Assembly (NCBI GenBank): GCA_035945435.1
Contig: DASZAF010000016.1
Coordinates: 359 to 64,358, forward strand
DNA: 64,000 bases
Direction of reading: 5' to 3'
Source: Candidatus Saccharimonadales bacterium
GTDB lineage: Bacteria > Patescibacteriota > Saccharimonadia > Saccharimonadales > DASZAF01
The notes under the pieces are model-generated. The model did not search any database. It was not told where the DNA came from and saw only the letters and a list, made by a program, of their open reading frames with translations. Numbering within the stretch: position 1 is the first letter of the stretch; each line of letters begins with the position of its first letter. Below, in pieces: positions 15,115-23,502 of this stretch. The position numbers and the translations under genes were made by a program.

Positions 15115-16607
15115 TGGCAGCTGGACTTGTATCGGACGTCGTCGCAGAGATCTGTATCTTTGCCCCATTCTTCTTACTGCCTCGTATCGCTGAGTCTAGC
15201 TTAGGTGCGTTTGGTAAGGTTGCCGGCATCGCCAATGCTCGCGGCCGTAGTCTGCATGGCAGGGCCCGCAAGGCAACTGCCGAGAAGACCAAGGAAGGAC
15301 TCAGAAAATCTGCTACCGGTGAACGGTATAAAGGTGTCGCCGGCAAGATCTTCAACAAGCCCGCCTTCATCGCCGGTAACGCTGCCTACGGTAAAGGAGC
15401 GGCTCGTTTTGCTCCGTTTGGCAAAAATGCTCAGATGCAACGAGTTGGCGCTATCTCGGCCGCCTCACAGCAAGCCGCCCGGGATATGCAGGCCCATGGT
15501 GTTTCTATGGATCCATTTTCAGCTCGCGAATTTGCCGCCTATGGCTATAACTCAAAGGCGCTCGAACAGCGCGCTCATCAGCTGATGGAAGGCGATGACT
15601 CATGGGTTAAGAATTCCGACGGCAGCTTTAAACTAAATGCAGCCGGTGAACGAATCAAGAATGCTGACGCCGTCTCTACCGGTAAAGCCTTAATGACCTA
15701 CCGCGCTTTTGCCGGACGTGGAGACGCCCGGTTGGCTGCCGCTCAGGTCTCAGCCGAAGCTGGCAAGCTGACCGACGAAGCCGCCTTTGGAGCCGGACGA
15801 CTACTCGGTACGGGTCGAAGCAATATGGCTCGTGACGCCTTTGTCGACTCGCTCTACCAGACCAATGCTCGCAAGGAGATGATGACCCAGTTCAGCCGTT
15901 CAACCGACTTCAACTGGGGTGCTGGTGACAACCAGCCGATGTATGCCGGTGCCGCGGCTGGTATGACTAAGGCTCAAGCTAAGGAAGTTGTCCACGCCAA
16001 CCGTATGCAGCGCTTCCACGACGACTTTGTCACCAACGGTAAGTTTAGCCAGGAAGACCTTCAGAGCATCAAGAATGCCGACAATGCCCGCGACTACGCT
16101 CAAGGTCTTATCGACTACACCCAGGAGCGCCACACTGAGATGACGAGAGCTCAAGATGCAATGGGTGCCGCTCAGAGCAAGATGGAGCGAGCTGCGAACA
16201 TCCTTAACAGTAGTACCGCTACAGAGGCCCAGAAGATAGAAGCTGGTAGACTTCGAGACTCGGCAGCCTCTCAGTTCAGAACAGCCCAGAAGAGCCAGGT
16301 TGTGGCTCAGCAGGCTGCCGAACGAGGGGCACAGAAGATTGGCTACATGACGTACCTCGGCGGTTACTTCCGAGAAGGCACAGGGGCAGCCATTCAAGGT
16401 CAGCTCACGAGCACCGTTCACCAGCCGACTGCGCCTGGCGAAGCACCATATAATGACACCGGCACCTTTATGCACTTCTTACGCGAGCAGTCACAGGCCG
16501 GCGCTCAAGGTAACGGTCGGAGCACACTAGAAGCCGAAGCCGCCAGACGGCGAGCAGCCGGAGGCGGACCTCAGCAGCACTTCTATGACCAGCCAGAAGG
16601 ACACTAA
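15114..16607 (+). CDS. Hypothetical Ala/Gln-rich helical protein (497 aa) in the T4SS operon
   Basis: The start overlaps the upstream stop (TAATG). One N-terminal hydrophobic segment is followed by a long, predicted helical, low-complexity region. No recognised family. Confidence 0.45.
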   Translation: MAAGLVSDVVAEICIFAPFFLLPRIAESSLGAFGKVAGIANARGRSLHGRARKATAEKTKEGLRKSATGERYKGVAGKIFNKPAFIAGNAAYGKGAARFAPFGKNAQMQRVGAISAASQQAARDMQAHGVSMDPFSAREFAAYGYNSKALEQRAHQLMEGDDSWVKNSDGSFKLNAAGERIKNADAVSTGKALMTYRAFAGRGDARLAAAQVSAEAGKLTDEAAFGAGRLLGTGRSNMARDAFVDSLYQTNARKEMMTQFSRSTDFNWGAGDNQPMYAGAAAGMTKAQAKEVVHANRMQRFHDDFVTNGKFSQEDLQSIKNADNARDYAQGLIDYTQERHTEMTRAQDAMGAAQSKMERAANILNSSTATEAQKIEAGRLRDSAASQFRTAQKSQVVAQQAAERGAQKIGYMTYLGGYFREGTGAAIQGQLTSTVHQPTAPGEAPYNDTGTFMHFLREQSQAGAQGNGRSTLEAEAARRRAAGGGPQQHFYDQPEGH

Positions 16608-16609
16608 TC

Positions 16610-17554
16610 ATGGCTCTCTATAAAGTCCCCCAGGACGTCGAGGCCGAAGATAAGATCGTCGGGCCATTTTCACTTAAACAGTTCATCTTTATCCTACTCT
16701 TCTTCGCCTCGGGCTGGTTCGCCTTTATCCTTAGCCGAATCGCTCTACCGTTTGGCTTTATCATGCTGCCGTTCCTCATCATCTTTGGGGTGCTTGGCTT
16801 CGTTATGCGTAAGGACCAGCCAGTTGAGGTCTATCTTGCCGCACTGGTTCGTTTTTATCTAAAGCCACACAAACGGATTTGGGATCAGGAAGGCTATGAG
16901 CAGCGGGTCATTATCACAGCTCCGAAAATAATTGAGAGGCGACGGACAAAAGATATTTCCCAAGAAGAGGTCCACTCACGTCTAAGTCGCTTGGCTAATG
17001 TCGTTGACAGTCGTGGTTGGTCGGCAAAAGGCCTGAACACCAAGCCGTCCGATCGTATCGCTAACCCGACCATAGCCAGTCCTAACCCTGACGCTGACGC
17101 GCCGGACATCATGGACGAGGGAACTGTGACGGCTCAGAAGTTCGATAACCTCATCCAACAGAGAACACAGGCCAATCGCCAGCAGGTGGTAAGCCAGATC
17201 CAGCAGGCAGCTGCAGCCTCGCCAACACCGCCATCCCAAATGCCAGCTGCCAACAACAAAGCCTTCAACGATGACGTCAACAACCTGCTCGATAGCATGG
17301 CGTCTACTCACTACAACCCATACCCGACCGATATCCACCAGACAGTAATAAAGCCGGGCGGAGATCGGGCGGCCGATCAAGCAGCGGTAGTCAAAGCAGC
17401 AACGGACGCCGCAAAAGCCGTCGCTCAACCTATGAAACCACAGGTATCACCTGCTATAATGCAGTTAGCGAATAACAATGACTTAACGGTGAGCGCGATT
17501 GCACGACATGCACACTCGCTTCCTACAGATGAAGTGGTGATCACCCTCCGTTAA
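16610..17554 (+). CDS. PrgI/VirB3-like membrane protein with a disordered C-terminal extension
   Basis: The N-terminus MALYKVPQDVEAEDKIVGPFSLKQFIFILLFFASGWFAFIL plus a second TM helix matches the PrgI (VirB3-like) N-terminal pattern. The gene sits directly upstream of the VirB4 genes. Confidence 0.6.
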   Translation: MALYKVPQDVEAEDKIVGPFSLKQFIFILLFFASGWFAFILSRIALPFGFIMLPFLIIFGVLGFVMRKDQPVEVYLAALVRFYLKPHKRIWDQEGYEQRVIITAPKIIERRRTKDISQEEVHSRLSRLANVVDSRGWSAKGLNTKPSDRIANPTIASPNPDADAPDIMDEGTVTAQKFDNLIQQRTQANRQQVVSQIQQAAAASPTPPSQMPAANNKAFNDDVNNLLDSMASTHYNPYPTDIHQTVIKPGGDRAADQAAVVKAATDAAKAVAQPMKPQVSPAIMQLANNNDLTVSAIARHAHSLPTDEVVITLR

Positions 17555-17564
17555 GCCGAGTAGG

Positions 17565-18617
17565 GTGGAGCAGCACTCATCGATGGAACCGACCAACACG
17601 AACCCGAACCAAGCACCATCAGCGACCGGAGGGGGCCCACAGCTCCCCAGTGTTGGTGGCGCTCCAGCTGCGCCTCAACAGCAGTCTTCGTATTATCCAG
17701 AGGCGATGTCGACCAGCTCATCGCCAGCACTCGGGCTTAATCTACCTCATCATCCCGACACCCAGTCACAGCCTCCTCTGCAACCACAGCCAGCTCCTCC
17801 ACAAGGCACGCCACCCCAACAACAGGAAGCCCACTTCCAGCAACCAGCCGCCCAGACGGGTGTGGCCAATCCGCAACAGAAGATGCAGACCCCACCAAGA
17901 AACCAAAACAGCACTCAGAATTTATTGGAGATCGCCGAGATACGCGACGGTATCGTCATCATGAATGATGGTAGCTTCAGGGCGGTCATCCTAGCCCGAT
18001 CGATTAACTTCGACTTGATGAGCGCCGGTGAGAAAGAGTCCGTCGAGTACGCCTACCAGAACTTCCTTAACTCTCTCTACTTCCCAGTGCAGATCGTCGT
18101 TCGATCCAGGAAAGTGGATATGCGACCATATCTCGAAAAACTCAATAGGATCCGGACTGAGCAGGACAATATGTTATTGGCGCTGCTCATGGAAGACTAT
18201 ATTTACTACGTCTCACAGCTGGTCGAACAGACCAACATCATGAGCAAGCAGTTCTATGTAGTCGTTCCGTACTTCAGCGAGATCAAAGCCGGACAAGTCG
18301 CCGCACAGACCAAGGGTTTCCTATCGGGGATCCTCGGTAGTAGCAAGCAGCAACTGATCATAAACGAGAGTGCCCTTGTTAAAGCTAAGACCGAACTCCA
18401 GAATCGTGTCCAGAGCGTTGTTAACGGTCTCCTGCAGCTCGGTGTCCAGGCCGTCCCACTTGACACACAGGAACTTATCGAACTTTACTACGACGTATAC
18501 AACCCCGATACTGCTACCAGGCAGCCGCTACCAGAGCTCAACAATATGGCAACGGTCGTCGTCACCAAAGGTGTAGGTAACGCTAAGCAGCCACACCTAG
18601 ACGGAGGCGCACGGTAA
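17565..18617 (+). CDS. T4SS-associated protein; Pro/Gln-rich N-terminus plus a domain resembling VirB4/TraC-type N-terminal regions
   Basis: The segment IAEIRDGIVIMNDGSFRAVILARSINFDLMSAGEKESVEYAYQNFLNSLYFPVQIVVRSRKVD resembles the N-terminal segment of Gram-positive VirB4-like proteins. The stop overlaps the VirB4 start (TAATG). An alternative start is the ATG at 17583. Confidence 0.4.
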   Translation: MEQHSSMEPTNTNPNQAPSATGGGPQLPSVGGAPAAPQQQSSYYPEAMSTSSSPALGLNLPHHPDTQSQPPLQPQPAPPQGTPPQQQEAHFQQPAAQTGVANPQQKMQTPPRNQNSTQNLLEIAEIRDGIVIMNDGSFRAVILARSINFDLMSAGEKESVEYAYQNFLNSLYFPVQIVVRSRKVDMRPYLEKLNRIRTEQDNMLLALLMEDYIYYVSQLVEQTNIMSKQFYVVVPYFSEIKAGQVAAQTKGFLSGILGSSKQQLIINESALVKAKTELQNRVQSVVNGLLQLGVQAVPLDTQELIELYYDVYNPDTATRQPLPELNNMATVVVTKGVGNAKQPHLDGGAR

Positions 18618-20650
18618 TGGCACTCTTCGGCGGCAAGAAGGTAAACCCAGTCGAACTGGCTGAACAGCAGCGACTTCGTGAACAGAATGAGGTCGAACAA
18701 GCCTTCCTCAAAGGCGTCACCGAGCTACGAGACTTCATAGCGCCGAGCTCACTCGAACTCGAGTCCGGCTTCTTCCGACTCGGTACGTATTATGCCCGCA
18801 GCTTCTATGTGTATGGTTACCCGAGACAGATCTTCACTGGCTGGCTCTCCTCAATTATCAATATGGACGAAGAGATCGATGTCTCAATGTTCATCTATCC
18901 AGTCGAAAGCCGCGTCGTACTCGACAACCTTCGCAAGAAAGTATCCCAGCTTGAAGCCGACCTGCAGTTAAACGCCGAGAAAGGACGAGTCCGCGATCCA
19001 GGGACCCAGGCAGCCATCCAAGACGCCGAGGAACTTCGCGACAAGCTCCAAGTAGGCGAAGAACGCTTCTTCCGATTTGGTCTCTACTTCACTATCTACT
19101 CAACATCACTCGACGAGCTTAACTTTATCCAGCATAAAGTCGAGACGGTTCTTGGTCAGCAGCTGGTCTACTCAAAGCCGGCTACAGTTCAGATGGAACA
19201 GGGTTTCAATTCGACAATTCCACAAGGTCTTGATCAGCTTCAAGTCCGCCGGAATATGAACACCGGAGCCCTGAGTACCAGCTTCCCATTCACCAGTGCA
19301 GACCTCACCCAAGAGAATGGCATTCTTTATGGCATCAACATGCACAATAACGGATTGGTTATCTTTGACCGTTTCACTCTAGAAAACGCCAATATGGTCG
19401 TCTTTGCCAAGTCAGGTGCCGGTAAGTCGTTTACCGTTAAACTCGAGGCACTACGAAGTATGATGATGGGGACTGAAGTGATTATCGTTGACCCCGAAAA
19501 TGAGTATCAGCGCCTTAGCGAAGCAGTCGGTGGCTCGTATATCCGCCTCTCACTCAACTCCGATACCCGGATTAACCCGTTTGACCTGCCACTGGTTGTC
19601 GATAGCGAAGAGGCAGACAACGCACTACGCTCCAACCTCATTACGCTCCACGGCCTGTTACGACTCATGATGGGTGGCGCCACTGCGGCCGCCTCAACAG
19701 CTGGGGGATACAGTGTCTCCGCGATTGGCCCTGTTCTCAGCCCGGTAGAAGAGGCCGACCTAGACCAAGCCTTAATCGACACTTACGCGAGAGCCGGTAT
19801 CACTAACGATCCGCTGACGCACAACACCACCCCACCGACTGTTAATGACCTCTACGATACCTTACTCCACATGCCTGGTACCGGGCCGCAGTTGGCTCAG
19901 AGATTGCGAAAATACACCTCAGGAACATTTGCCGGTATCTTCTCGCAGCAATCAAATGTCGACATCTCAAACAAGCTGGTCGTCTTTAACATCCGTGATC
20001 TTGAAGACGAGCTTCGCCCCGTCGCTATGTACATCGTTCTTAACCACATCTGGAATCGTACCAAGACAGACCGCAAGAAGCGCATGCTGGTCATTGACGA
20101 AGCCTGGCAGTTGATGAAGTATGAGGACTCTGCTAACTTTATGTTCTCACTCGCCAAGCGCGCTCGCAAATACTTCCTCGGCCTGACAACCATCAGCCAA
20201 GACGTTGAAGACTTTATGAGCTCGAAGATGGGACGTGCTATTGTTGCGAATGCATCGATGCAGATTCTCCTCAAACAGTCACCAACAGCAGTCGACATCC
20301 TAGCTGCCGTCTTCAAGCTGACTGAGGAAGAGCAGAAGCGGCTATCTCAATTCCCAGTCGGTCAGGGTCTACTCTTTGCCGGTCAAAATCACGTTCACGT
20401 CCAGATTGTTGCCTCACCGACCGAAACCTCACTGATTACTACCAATCCGGCCCAAATACAGCAGCAGACGGTCAATATTGCGCACCCGGGCCCAGTCGCT
20501 CCGGGCGCTACCAATCCTCCTGTACCACCGCAGCCAGCTGAACCGCAGTTCACATCGCCTAACGACGAGGTTCCCCGCGAGCCTCTTGCGTCCGTTGAAG
20601 CCCAACAGGGGGGAACATTAGAAGTTAACGGAGGGGCAGGTAGACCGTAG
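18617..20650 (+). CDS. virB4: VirB4-family T4SS ATPase
   Basis: The N-domain is FRLGTYYARSFYVYGYPRQIFTGWLSSII...DVSMFIYP. Walker A is VVFAKSGAGKSFTVK and Walker B is MLVIDEAWQLM. TTISQDVEDF follows. Confidence 0.9.
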   Translation: MALFGGKKVNPVELAEQQRLREQNEVEQAFLKGVTELRDFIAPSSLELESGFFRLGTYYARSFYVYGYPRQIFTGWLSSIINMDEEIDVSMFIYPVESRVVLDNLRKKVSQLEADLQLNAEKGRVRDPGTQAAIQDAEELRDKLQVGEERFFRFGLYFTIYSTSLDELNFIQHKVETVLGQQLVYSKPATVQMEQGFNSTIPQGLDQLQVRRNMNTGALSTSFPFTSADLTQENGILYGINMHNNGLVIFDRFTLENANMVVFAKSGAGKSFTVKLEALRSMMMGTEVIIVDPENEYQRLSEAVGGSYIRLSLNSDTRINPFDLPLVVDSEEADNALRSNLITLHGLLRLMMGGATAAASTAGGYSVSAIGPVLSPVEEADLDQALIDTYARAGITNDPLTHNTTPPTVNDLYDTLLHMPGTGPQLAQRLRKYTSGTFAGIFSQQSNVDISNKLVVFNIRDLEDELRPVAMYIVLNHIWNRTKTDRKKRMLVIDEAWQLMKYEDSANFMFSLAKRARKYFLGLTTISQDVEDFMSSKMGRAIVANASMQILLKQSPTAVDILAAVFKLTEEEQKRLSQFPVGQGLLFAGQNHVHVQIVASPTETSLITTNPAQIQQQTVNIAHPGPVAPGATNPPVPPQPAEPQFTSPNDEVPREPLASVEAQQGGTLEVNGGAGRP

Positions 20651-23502
20651 TGGTGGCGCTACAAAGCGAAGACTCCAGAACAGGCAATCGATCCCAGCGC
20701 CGACGACCAGCAGCTCGTACCGGTGCAGGACGCCCTCCGGCGAGACCTAGTGGTACTCGATCGGGAACTCCGCGCATGGGAGGTCCGGCCAATCTACCGA
20801 CCCTAGAAATGGGGGACGACGGGCTTACCCAGCAGCCAGGTGGTGGCGGTCAAATACTGACCCCTCAGCGCGAGGAGTCTAGTGAGTTTGAGCCGCCTAT
20901 TCAGACCGGAAGCAGTGAGCCAGAATATCCGGGCGATCAAAGTCATAGACAAAGCACTCTGCGTGACGCTGAAGCTGGCGTTGAGCAGCCACGCGATAAC
21001 GAAGGAGGCGGTCTTGGTAGCGTCGCAGCAGGTGAGGGGTCACTCGAAGCACCAGCTACTACGCAATCAAGCTTCAAGTACAAACCAGACGCAGACAGTC
21101 TCCAAGGTTCTGCTAAAAAGAAGCGGAAGAGAAAGGTCCTCTTTGGTATTATTGGTGTCTTTCTTGTCATCTTCTTTCTGGTCATCCTCGTCCAACTGTT
21201 TAAGGCCAAATATGAGGCCTTGATCATTGATGATGCCACCAAGATTGCTATCGACTATATGCTCGAGAAGCGGCTCAAACAGTATGTTAATGACTACTTC
21301 GCTCACGTTATCTTTCCTGAAGCCGCTTTCTGTCACGGAGATATTACTCCCGAATGTATCGACAGAGCTGATGGAGCGGGTCTCTTCAAATTACTAACCG
21401 CCAAAGGAAAACAGCTAGCCCTGAATAAGATCGAGAATAAGCTCTTGGTTGACCCTGACGGCAACAAATGGAGAATGGAGTTCGACGGCGCTAAGAAGCA
21501 GTGGAAGATCAGTTGTCCAGACTGTGGGGCAAACGGAACGGCAACGGTCGCCGAAAACGTGGCCGAGGACCCAGCTAAATTCGACCTCTTTTCGGAGGTA
21601 TATACCCGCAACCCGGTGACTGCTACCAGACTCATAATGGAACGGCTGAATGTCGGGGAGGATCGTGTTGGCTTCTTTACCAACCTATTGAAACGTATTT
21701 TCGTCTCTTGGAGGTACGGTACCTCCGGGTGTGTCTTTGCCTGCACAACACTAGAGAAACTCTATAATGCTAAGCTCGGCGTCACAGATAAGATAGCTGA
21801 GTATAAAGCGATGCTGCTTAGTATTATCAATGACCGCGTGATAGAACCGATCAAAATCGGAGCCACTCTACTCTTGGGATGCGTCCTCGACCTGAGCCTC
21901 TCGTGTCTCAACAAAGGCGGGCCCGAGCAGGATGAAGCACAGGAGGGTCAAGACGTCTTGGCGGAAGATGCCGTTGACGAGAGCGCGACAGTCGAAGCGC
22001 AGGCCTCAAAAGGGCTACTTGCAGCACTCAAAGAGAAAGTCACCGGCTACCTTGCTACGTTGATTGCCTATGCTCTTACCAAAGCAGGCTTTGACGTAAC
22101 CGCCAAGAACGTCACAGATGCGGTCCCATATGTTGGGCAGGTTATCTTGGCCATCCAGATAGCTCACTTCATTGGCAAACTCTCTACCATCCTGGGAGGT
22201 GGTGGTTTAGCCATTAGTCTGACGGGCGTTCCGTATCCCTATCAAAACCAAGTCCCACCGGCTACTCGTGATATCCCTATGAACCTCTGGAACGATGTCA
22301 TCAAGATTCCTCAGGCCGAACAAGCCAATAACTTACTCCAGGCAGCGGCCGCTGAACCAACGGCTGAGCTGAATGGTGGCATTGAGGCGGGTGCCTACGA
22401 CACCAACCAGATAATAGCCAGCAACGAACTGGCTGGATCAACTGCCGACGTTGGGCGAAGCAAGCTTTACGACTACATCGCCGGTGGTGAGTACGGGCAG
22501 ACTACGCCGGGCAATACCGGTGCCCAGACGTGTCGCGATGGTCACCCGGTGCCCTCTAATCAGCTCATGTGTAACGAGTTCAGACTTGACCAGGAACCAC
22601 CGCTCGTTCAAGCGATCCGCAATAATCCGATCCTTGAAATATTCCTCAACAGCCTCTCAGGCCTTCTCAATAATCCAGTTGTCAACGGACTCGACGCCAT
22701 TATCAACTTCGTCTTTAATCTCCTCGGCACCCTGATTGTCGACCTTCTTAAAGCCATCTATTCGCTGCTGAACTGGTCTTTGGGCAGATACAACCCCTTG
22801 CGTTATGCTGTTGACCTCCTTGGAGACATCTTCAAGCATTGTCTGCCATACGTCATGAAGTTCTTTGAAGTCGTCTTCCCGCCGATGATTGAAAGCTTGA
22901 CTGAGGTTATCCAGACGCCGTGGCGACTGTTCGATGCCGCTTATACCGGAGCCTCATACGCTAGCTACCAGCTGGCGACGGGTGGGATCGACACCAACGG
23001 CCAGCCGTACGGACTCGGCGGTTACGACCTCAACCAGCAACAATCCAACCAGCTTATCTCGGCAGCCAACGCTGATTACGCCGCCAATGAGGCAGCCCTG
23101 CCACTCGGTCAGAAGCTCTTCTCGATCACTGATCCAAACTCAATCCTAGCCAGGCTAACTATGTCCGCCCCGATTCCAACGAACGTTGCCGACTTTACTG
23201 CTACTCTCAACCCACTCAATATTTTCAGCATGCCATTTGCTGCCATATCCCAAGCTCCGGCCCATGCTCTTCTAGAATACCCGAGCCAGGACACCAACGG
23301 CGTTCCAACGGTTGGCTTCGCAGTAAACGACAAGGCCTGGACCTCGGACCCATTCATGGATCCTGACACCTGCACCGATAACCGGCAGACGAACGGAGTC
23401 AACGCCATCGGTGAGACCAACTACACAACCGGTGACATGTGTCTCATGGATGACGCGGTTGGTAATATATTCTTAAGCGGTAATGGAAACTCACCGAATT
23501 AA
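20650..23502 (+). CDS. Large hypothetical membrane-associated protein (950 aa) in the T4SS operon
   Basis: The GTG start overlaps the VirB4 stop. A disordered Arg/Gly/Pro N-terminus is followed by a TM helix (VLFGIIGVFLVIFFLVILVQLF) and several further hydrophobic segments. No recognised family. The true start is uncertain. Confidence 0.45.
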   Translation: MVALQSEDSRTGNRSQRRRPAARTGAGRPPARPSGTRSGTPRMGGPANLPTLEMGDDGLTQQPGGGGQILTPQREESSEFEPPIQTGSSEPEYPGDQSHRQSTLRDAEAGVEQPRDNEGGGLGSVAAGEGSLEAPATTQSSFKYKPDADSLQGSAKKKRKRKVLFGIIGVFLVIFFLVILVQLFKAKYEALIIDDATKIAIDYMLEKRLKQYVNDYFAHVIFPEAAFCHGDITPECIDRADGAGLFKLLTAKGKQLALNKIENKLLVDPDGNKWRMEFDGAKKQWKISCPDCGANGTATVAENVAEDPAKFDLFSEVYTRNPVTATRLIMERLNVGEDRVGFFTNLLKRIFVSWRYGTSGCVFACTTLEKLYNAKLGVTDKIAEYKAMLLSIINDRVIEPIKIGATLLLGCVLDLSLSCLNKGGPEQDEAQEGQDVLAEDAVDESATVEAQASKGLLAALKEKVTGYLATLIAYALTKAGFDVTAKNVTDAVPYVGQVILAIQIAHFIGKLSTILGGGGLAISLTGVPYPYQNQVPPATRDIPMNLWNDVIKIPQAEQANNLLQAAAAEPTAELNGGIEAGAYDTNQIIASNELAGSTADVGRSKLYDYIAGGEYGQTTPGNTGAQTCRDGHPVPSNQLMCNEFRLDQEPPLVQAIRNNPILEIFLNSLSGLLNNPVVNGLDAIINFVFNLLGTLIVDLLKAIYSLLNWSLGRYNPLRYAVDLLGDIFKHCLPYVMKFFEVVFPPMIESLTEVIQTPWRLFDAAYTGASYASYQLATGGIDTNGQPYGLGGYDLNQQQSNQLISAANADYAANEAALPLGQKLFSITDPNSILARLTMSAPIPTNVADFTATLNPLNIFSMPFAAISQAPAHALLEYPSQDTNGVPTVGFAVNDKAWTSDPFMDPDTCTDNRQTNGVNAIGETNYTTGDMCLMDDAVGNIFLSGNGNSPN

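Noticed and set aside
13810-21746. Long antisense ORFs inside T4SS genes (for example 13810-14430, 14601-15065, 15062-15370, 15900-16475, 16982-17428, 19897-20316 and 21333-21746)
   Set aside because: They lie opposite ORFs that carry clear family motifs (VirB6-like TM region, VirB4 Walker motifs). Their composition is Arg/Ser/Ala-rich and low in complexity, as expected for the antisense frames of GC-richer coding DNA.
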